Source: a virus (lineage: Duplodnaviria > Caudoviricetes). From it: 64,000 nt of DNA. Made by a program: the position numbers and the translations under genes. The notes below the pieces were generated by a model, which was given only the letters and a program-made list of their open reading frames with translations, was not told the origin of the DNA and did not search any database. How positions within the stretch are numbered: the stretch's first letter is position 1; each line of letters opens with the position of its first letter. Positions 58,176 to 64,000 of the stretch are shown piece by piece. The stretch is taken from IMG/VR virus record IMGVR_UViG_3300031994_004484; one strand, given 5' to 3'.

Positions 58176-59102
58176 ATGGAAATATTTTTCGAACAAAACA
58201 AGAATATTCCGAAATTAACGTTGTTTGAGTGCTATAACATGCTCGGCGAGGAAAGGCATCGCACTGATTTTCTTGATGGTATTAAAGCTTCAGTAACAAA
58301 TTTTGCCATTGAAACTGTAAAATCAATGTTTGAGAACGGAAAGGATACGTATTCCGCGATATTCAAAGAGGAAAACAGATACTTTGATGAACTTCTTATG
58401 TATATAACACTGAACAGAAGGAAGGACTATTCAAACAAAAAATATACGCATGGGCAATTCTACAACGAAGACAGGATTGAGAACGGAAAACTCCATCTTC
58501 CCGAACTCGGGATCGTAATCGGCATCGGGGAGAATGGCGAAATACCGACACAATGGATAGAGCTTCTTGTTGACCATGAAATAAATCACCTTTACGATGA
58601 ATGGCAGTGGCAATCCACCGGTCATGAACCGCTAACAAACAACAAGGAATGGAATTTTGGGGACGGGAAGTTCATACAGGAAAATTTAGGAAATAACGAC
58701 AATAAGTTCGTTCAATCTTTAGCATGGTGTGTATACGCTTCCCTGTGGACTGAATCGAATGCATATCTTAATCAGGCCTTCAAGGAATTCGAAACAATAA
58801 AATTAAAACCGTCAAACATACATCAGAAGCTAAAGGCCACAACTTCATACAGGAACTACTCCAAACAAATGATAGATTTGAAATGGTGGCTCGGAAAATA
58901 CGGTGAGGATGAAGTCAAGGAAATTTTAAGCAAACTCTTTAAGGATTACAAAAAGCTATCAATCCCTAAACCGAAAACAGGTGAAGATTACAGGGAAAGA
59001 CTGATAAAATGGTCCGAGTGGATTTATAACAGGTTTATCAAAAGATATTGTGGCATAGCAAGTTTGTATATTGAAAGGAACGGAAAGAATTTTTCAAGAT
59101 AG
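58176..59102 (+). CDS. Putative zincin-like metallopeptidase
   Basis: HEINH (HExxH) plus downstream ESNAY. Confidence 0.55.
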   Translation: MEIFFEQNKNIPKLTLFECYNMLGEERHRTDFLDGIKASVTNFAIETVKSMFENGKDTYSAIFKEENRYFDELLMYITLNRRKDYSNKKYTHGQFYNEDRIENGKLHLPELGIVIGIGENGEIPTQWIELLVDHEINHLYDEWQWQSTGHEPLTNNKEWNFGDGKFIQENLGNNDNKFVQSLAWCVYASLWTESNAYLNQAFKEFETIKLKPSNIHQKLKATTSYRNYSKQMIDLKWWLGKYGEDEVKEILSKLFKDYKKLSIPKPKTGEDYRERLIKWSEWIYNRFIKRYCGIASLYIERNGKNFSR

Positions 59103-59104
59103 AT

Positions 59105-59137
59105 TTTGGAAAAGATATCCTGAATGTAGTATATTTG
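59105..59137 (+). promoter_or_regulatory. Bacteroidota-consensus promoter TTTG-N21-TATATTTG
   Basis: TTTG at 59105-59108 and TAnnTTTG at 59130-59137. Confidence 0.7.
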
Positions 59138-59184
59138 GGAAAAGAAATAGATGTTAAATAATAACTTTTAAAATTTGAAAGAAA

Positions 59185-59376
59185 ATGGAAAAAACGATTG
59201 AAGAACTCGTAAACGAGATGATTGTAATGCTTGAAGACTGTGTTGTAGACGCAGCCAAGTTCGATGGCGGCAACAAGGCCGCAGGAACAAGAGTGAGAAA
59301 GGCCATGCAGGAGATTAAAGTCGCCGCGCAGAATGTCCGTGAGACTGTAAGCGAAATCAGGAACGCGGAAAAGTAA
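59185..59376 (+). CDS. Histone H1-like (Hc1-family) small protein
   Basis: KFDGGNKAAGTRVRKAMQEIK signature. Confidence 0.8.
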   Translation: MEKTIEELVNEMIVMLEDCVVDAAKFDGGNKAAGTRVRKAMQEIKVAAQNVRETVSEIRNAEK

Positions 59377-59413
59377 GATAGAGTCAGATTTATTGTTGTT
59401 TGTTTTTGGGGAT

Positions 59414-60580
59414 ATGCCGACACAACCGATACCTCGGAGGATAATGGAGAAAAATCCTGAATTGGGCGCCAAGAAGTTCAACACACTCCTTATAGACGGT
59501 TCAAATCTAATGGAGGTGTGCTTTGCAGCAAACAAGACGTTATCTTCAGACGGGATAGAGGTTGGCGGCATATTCTCTTTTCTTCTTCAGTTAAAACTGA
59601 TTCTGCGGAAAGGAAGTTTCAAATATGTATATTGCTTCTTTGACGGGGTTAATTCAGGGGTTATGAGGAATTCCGTGAACCCAGAATACAAACTTAACCG
59701 TTCGAAGACATACGATGAAGCGAATCTTTCCGAATACATGAAAGCTGTAAATGAAAAGGTAAGGTACATGCAAAAGAAGCTGTACAAGACGAGGGAAAAG
59801 ACTGATGAGGAAAAAGAGTCTTTTTTCAGGCAGCGTGAGGTTGTTATCAAATGCCTTGACGAACTCTTCATAAGGGTCATGGAGTGTGACGGGACGGAAG
59901 CCGATGATTTTATCGGTTACTATGTTTCACACAAGAAACCCGAGGAAAGGATAGTAATAGTTTCAAACGACAGGGATTTGACACAACTCATATCGGAAGA
60001 TGTAATTGTCTATGTGCAGTCCATGAAAGACTTTGTCAATACGAAGAACCACCGTTCTAAGATGGGTTACGACTACCACAATGTTCTTTTGAAGAAAATC
60101 ATATGTGGAGACTCTTCAGATAACATAAAGGGTATAAAGGGTGTAGGTGAAACTACGCTTTTGAAGAATTTCCCTGAAATAGTTGAAAGGGAGGTTACGC
60201 TTGACGAGGTTATAATGAAAGCAGGTAAGATAAACGAGGAACGTTCAGCCGAAGGAAAGAAACCGCTGAAATGGGTGGAGAATATTGTCAATAGGGTGAC
60301 CGAAGGGTGTCAGGGTGAGGATGTTTATGAGATAAACAGGAAAATAATAGACCTCAAAGACCCTCTGATGCCTTCTGAAGCAAAGGAACTCTTGGAGAGT
60401 TTCATGTATGCGCCAATGTCGCCCGACGGAAGGAGTTTTTCCAATCTTTACGACATATTATGTAAGGCCGGTGTTGATGAACTGAAGGACGAGAAGGCTT
60501 TCGGTAATTTCTTCAGTGATTTCAACAGCGTTATAGAGAATGAAACAAAGGAATGGAAGCACGCATGTGAAAATTTGTGA
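59414..60580 (+). CDS. 5'-3' exonuclease/flap endonuclease (T4 RNase H-like)
   Basis: LLIDG, FDG, YKLNR, EADD, SNDRDLTQL, GDSSDNIKGIKGVG. Confidence 0.92.
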   Translation: MPTQPIPRRIMEKNPELGAKKFNTLLIDGSNLMEVCFAANKTLSSDGIEVGGIFSFLLQLKLILRKGSFKYVYCFFDGVNSGVMRNSVNPEYKLNRSKTYDEANLSEYMKAVNEKVRYMQKKLYKTREKTDEEKESFFRQREVVIKCLDELFIRVMECDGTEADDFIGYYVSHKKPEERIVIVSNDRDLTQLISEDVIVYVQSMKDFVNTKNHRSKMGYDYHNVLLKKIICGDSSDNIKGIKGVGETTLLKNFPEIVEREVTLDEVIMKAGKINEERSAEGKKPLKWVENIVNRVTEGCQGEDVYEINRKIIDLKDPLMPSEAKELLESFMYAPMSPDGRSFSNLYDILCKAGVDELKDEKAFGNFFSDFNSVIENETKEWKHACENL

Positions 60581-60635
60581 TTTTCAATGAATCACGTGGT
60601 AGTTAATTTATTGTCAAACCAATAGAACACATATA

Positions 60636-61631
60636 ATGGTTTTAGAAGAAACTAAAAAGGAAGTTAAGGTGGACAACAGTGCGTTCAGGGACAGGTTCAG
60701 GTTCCTTTTTTCGGCGAACGACAACATTGTCTGCGAAAGATTTTTCAAAATAAATTATTTCAACAACGCCTCTGTGTTTTCTGAAGAATTGGCTGATACC
60801 ATAAGAACCATTTCGGACAGGATACAGAGGGACATGGAATCCAAAAGCAGGATTCACACGTATTACACAACACCGGGTAGAGTAAAGCTGACAGGTTTCA
60901 CTGAAGACGGCAAAGGGTTTTCAAATCCAAACGCAACATACTTTGACCCGCCGAAAGAAACGTTAGTTAAGAATGGTGAAGAGAACGAGGAACTCAAGCC
61001 GTATGACATTACGTTCAAATTTGATTTCCAAATGGCTCAGACCATAGAGACCAATCCTGAGGATGGAAAACCGTCTTTTTCCAATTACAAAAGCATATAT
61101 GCCGTGATTTGGGACGGAACCGTATATCCGAAGGATGTCAGGAACAGTGTTGACCTGTCCAATTCAATGGCCCAATACCGAAACGCAGACCTTACGTCAA
61201 TGAGTTTCGTGAGAACTTTGAATTACAGGATGATACTCGGTAAAAGCGACCTTATATACGAGTCAATAAAGCGCATATGCGACACGACAAGCGGTGAGGG
61301 AAAATCTTATACCAATTATTCGTTCTACGGCACAGGAAAGAAGTATTTGGACAAGGATTTGGTCGGTCTTGAGCCGTACAACAACTACACCTATACAATT
61401 TATGTAAAACCCGAAGGCGAGTTGTTCTCAAAGCCTGTTGAATGTCCCGTATATGTCACGATTGACAATATATATGTGGCAAAGAAACCTGACGGAACAT
61501 ATTCAGAGCTTGTCAAATATGACCATGACTACACTTCAAAGAGAATCAAGTCGTGGGAGAACAAACTCAGGGACAAGACTGAGGCATATAGGAAAAGTTG
61601 CGGATTCAAGAACACTTTCAGAAGAAGCTAA
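60636..61631 (+). CDS. Hypothetical protein in the replication module
   Basis: 331 aa ORF between exonuclease and helicase. Confidence 0.7.
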   Translation: MVLEETKKEVKVDNSAFRDRFRFLFSANDNIVCERFFKINYFNNASVFSEELADTIRTISDRIQRDMESKSRIHTYYTTPGRVKLTGFTEDGKGFSNPNATYFDPPKETLVKNGEENEELKPYDITFKFDFQMAQTIETNPEDGKPSFSNYKSIYAVIWDGTVYPKDVRNSVDLSNSMAQYRNADLTSMSFVRTLNYRMILGKSDLIYESIKRICDTTSGEGKSYTNYSFYGTGKKYLDKDLVGLEPYNNYTYTIYVKPEGELFSKPVECPVYVTIDNIYVAKKPDGTYSELVKYDHDYTSKRIKSWENKLRDKTEAYRKSCGFKNTFRRS

Positions 61632-61668
61632 ATATTGTTTTTGATTATTGTTTTATTTTTTTTTTCAT

Positions 61669-61701
61669 GCGCACCACACAAAACCAAAGTGGTGCGCTTT
61701 T
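61669..61701 (+). terminator. Intrinsic terminator-like hairpin before helicase
   Basis: GCGCACCAC / GTGGTGCGC plus TTTT. Confidence 0.65.
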
Positions 61702-61723
61702 AACCTAAATTTTTAGATAAGGA

Positions 61724-63154
61724 ATGGCTAAAGCAAAGAAGTCTGTTACAGACTTGAGTTTTTTCAGTTACGATTACCAATGTTCCATATTGAAACTCTT
61801 CATGGAAAACGAGGAGTTTGCGTTGTCAACTGTTGACACGATGGATCAGAACCATTTCAGCGGAAGTTCGGAACTCAGGAAAATAGCGGCGGTTATAAAG
61901 GAAAAGGTTTCAAAACTCAATAGGTCAATATCATACGAAGAGTTGGAACTTTATCTTAAAACCACAGTGGATGATGCAATAACACTTGAAAAATGCATGG
62001 CTATCATCGATGAGAAGATGAAGCCCACAACATATACGGAAGGTGAGTTAAACACAATAAAAGAGGAATATCATAATTTCCTCGTTGCCATGGAAACCGT
62101 CAAATTGGGTAATGAAATAACACAGCTGAATAAGGACGGGGCAAAGAAAGAGGATGTTATGGCTGTTGTGAAAAAATATGATGACAGGACAACATTTGAC
62201 GAGGTGATAGCCGAAGACCTTAAGATAGATAGAGAGGAGTTTCTAAGGCTTATCAGTCAGGAGAAATATGAGACAATTCCAACCGGTTGCAAATACCTTG
62301 ACGAAAGGCTTGGCGGAGGAATGAGAAAGGGTGATTTTGGCATTCTTGTTGCAGGAACAGGCATAGGTAAAACATGTGTTACAAGTGGTTTCGCTGCATA
62401 TGCGGCATGGAAAGGATACAAGGTGGCACACATTATACTTGAAGACAAAAAAGACGATATAAAGGACAAATACTTGGCTTATATCCTGAATGTCGGCGTC
62501 AATTATTTCAAGAACACAATCGAAGGGAGAGAATTGGTTACCGAAAGATACGACATGATAGGTGAAGAGAAAATATACAATACCCTATACGAGAACCTGA
62601 AGCCGATTTATGCCATAGACAGGAATGAAAAAATGCACCGTTTGTCTGTAAGGGACATAGACAATATGTTAACAAAACTCGAAAACGGAGGCTTCAAAGC
62701 TGATTTGGTTATCATAGACTATTTCGACAGGATAAAATGTTCGATAAGTAACATTGAGATATGGAGGAAAGACCAAATAATATCCGACGAGTTGAACGAG
62801 CTTGCTATCAACCATAACGTTGCCATGTGGGTTCCAAGTCAGGGAAACAAGACAATACAGGACAGGACGACAAGAATAAACATATCCAACATATCAGGCG
62901 GAGCATGGAAAGGTTTTACAGCACAAATCGTTGTCTCAATGCAGAAAAACCTTGAGGATTTGTCAACAAACATCACAACAGTGAATTTCCTCAAGAACAG
63001 GTACAACAACGATTTTACACCGATTTCAATAGAGTTCGACAATGGGACATGCCGTTTCGGAAAACTTGCCAACGACGACTCCGCAATATACGGAAACGAT
63101 TCGGAGCAAGTGGCTGATACCGTGTTTGATGACAACAGAAAAAAGAAAAAATAA
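61724..63154 (+). CDS. dnaB: Replicative DnaB/gp41-like helicase
   Basis: IPTG, AGTGIGKT, IIDYFD, SQGN, KNR motifs. Confidence 0.9.
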   Translation: MAKAKKSVTDLSFFSYDYQCSILKLFMENEEFALSTVDTMDQNHFSGSSELRKIAAVIKEKVSKLNRSISYEELELYLKTTVDDAITLEKCMAIIDEKMKPTTYTEGELNTIKEEYHNFLVAMETVKLGNEITQLNKDGAKKEDVMAVVKKYDDRTTFDEVIAEDLKIDREEFLRLISQEKYETIPTGCKYLDERLGGGMRKGDFGILVAGTGIGKTCVTSGFAAYAAWKGYKVAHIILEDKKDDIKDKYLAYILNVGVNYFKNTIEGRELVTERYDMIGEEKIYNTLYENLKPIYAIDRNEKMHRLSVRDIDNMLTKLENGGFKADLVIIDYFDRIKCSISNIEIWRKDQIISDELNELAINHNVAMWVPSQGNKTIQDRTTRINISNISGGAWKGFTAQIVVSMQKNLEDLSTNITTVNFLKNRYNNDFTPISIEFDNGTCRFGKLANDDSAIYGNDSEQVADTVFDDNRKKKK

Positions 63155-63214
63155 TACATTATTTGTTTTATTGAAGTTTGAATATATATCTTTTACAAGA
63201 TAAAAAAATAGAGT

Positions 63215-64000
63215 ATGGATATCAGAAAAAGCAACGGAACCATCGAGGAGTACGATGAACAAAAATTAAAAAACACCATTTGTGCGGCTTATGAGGCTGT
63301 TGGTGAAAAATGCGAGGAAATGTTTTTGGACAACGCAGTACAGAACCTGTACCTGTATGAAAACATGTCAACCAACGAAATAAGAAGGCAGGTTGAGGAA
63401 TGGCTTATGTCTGTTAATAAGAAAGCAGCCAAAGCTTATATAGAAAATTCAGTTTCTAGTAATGAACTAAAGAAAAGGGATGATTTTATAAGCAATTATA
63501 TCAATGCAAAAAATGCTTCAAGCGGTTCAAAATATGATTCAAATGCAAATGTGGGGACAAAAAATATTGCAACATTAAATGCTGAAATACCAAAATTTGG
63601 TAATATAATGTTTAATAGAAAGAACACGGCGTCAAGAATAAGAAAGTTATACTCAAAAAAGCTTTCCAAACAATATATGCAAGACCTTGATAATCACATA
63701 ATTTACAAGCATGATGAAAGTTCTTTTGGTATAAATGCACCTTATTGTGTTGCTATTCAGTCATTTCCGTTTTTAACGGACGGACTTAAAGGTCTTGGGG
63801 GATTATCAGCCGCACCAAAAAACATAGATTCTTTTTGCGGTATGTTTGTTAACTTGATATTTGCAGTTTCTTCACAGTTTGCCGGTGCTGTTGCATGCTC
63901 GGGTTTTTTCAATATGTTTGATTATTTTGCGAGAAGGGAATGGGGTGACAATTATTTTCTTGAATCAGATTCTTTTTATAAAATCGGTTTTAAATTAAGA
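63215..64000 (+). CDS. nrdD: Anaerobic (class III) ribonucleotide reductase with N-terminal ATP cone, 3'-truncated by the window edge
   Basis: Translated by hand: MDIRKSNGTIEEYDEQK, DSNANV, IYKHDE, PYCVAI, SSQFAGA. Confidence 0.88.
   Translation, partial: MDIRKSNGTIEEYDEQKLKNTICAAYEAVGEKCEEMFLDNAVQNLYLYENMSTNEIRRQVEEWLMSVNKKAAKAYIENSVSSNELKKRDDFISNYINAKNASSGSKYDSNANVGTKNIATLNAEIPKFGNIMFNRKNTASRIRKLYSKKLSKQYMQDLDNHIIYKHDESSFGINAPYCVAIQSFPFLTDGLKGLGGLSAAPKNIDSFCGMFVNLIFAVSSQFAGAVACSGFFNMFDYFARREWGDNYFLESDSFYKIGFKLR

Noticed and set aside
1-64000. Stop-codon reassignment as in Lak or some crAss-like phages
   Set aside because: Core genes are intact in the standard code, and both TAG and TGA end genes at sensible boundaries.
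1-64000. CRISPR array, tRNA, rRNA, DGR reverse transcriptase or template repeat
   Set aside because: No spaced direct repeats, cloverleaf, RT motif or AAC-rich template copy seen by eye.

Overview
64 kb segment of a large T4-like myovirus (probably a jumbo phage). It uses the standard genetic code and most likely infects an anaerobic Bacteroidota host (TAnnTTTG-like promoters, class III RNR, SprB, Fib_succ_major and Hc1-like genes). Layout: 1-13 kb is a mosaic fibre/receptor-binding cluster. 13-19 kb is a family B DNA polymerase fractured into two ORFs by a free-standing zinc-ribbon-repeat nuclease gene, with an intein inside catalytic motif C. 19-28 kb holds neck/tail-completion genes, a SNF2 helicase and putative head-packaged effectors (PARP-like, ArdC-like). 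28-54 kb is the contractile tail module (sheath, tube, chaperone with a likely +1 frameshift, tape measure, baseplate proteins with OmpA-like, M15 peptidase and lysozyme domains). 55-64 kb is the replication module (SSB, RecA/UvsX, Hc1-like, 5'-3' exonuclease, DnaB, NrdD). Two promoter classes are visible: TATTTAT before structural genes and AGTATATTT before replication genes. No tRNA, rRNA or CRISPR array was seen. All calls come from motif recognition by eye; no searches were run.
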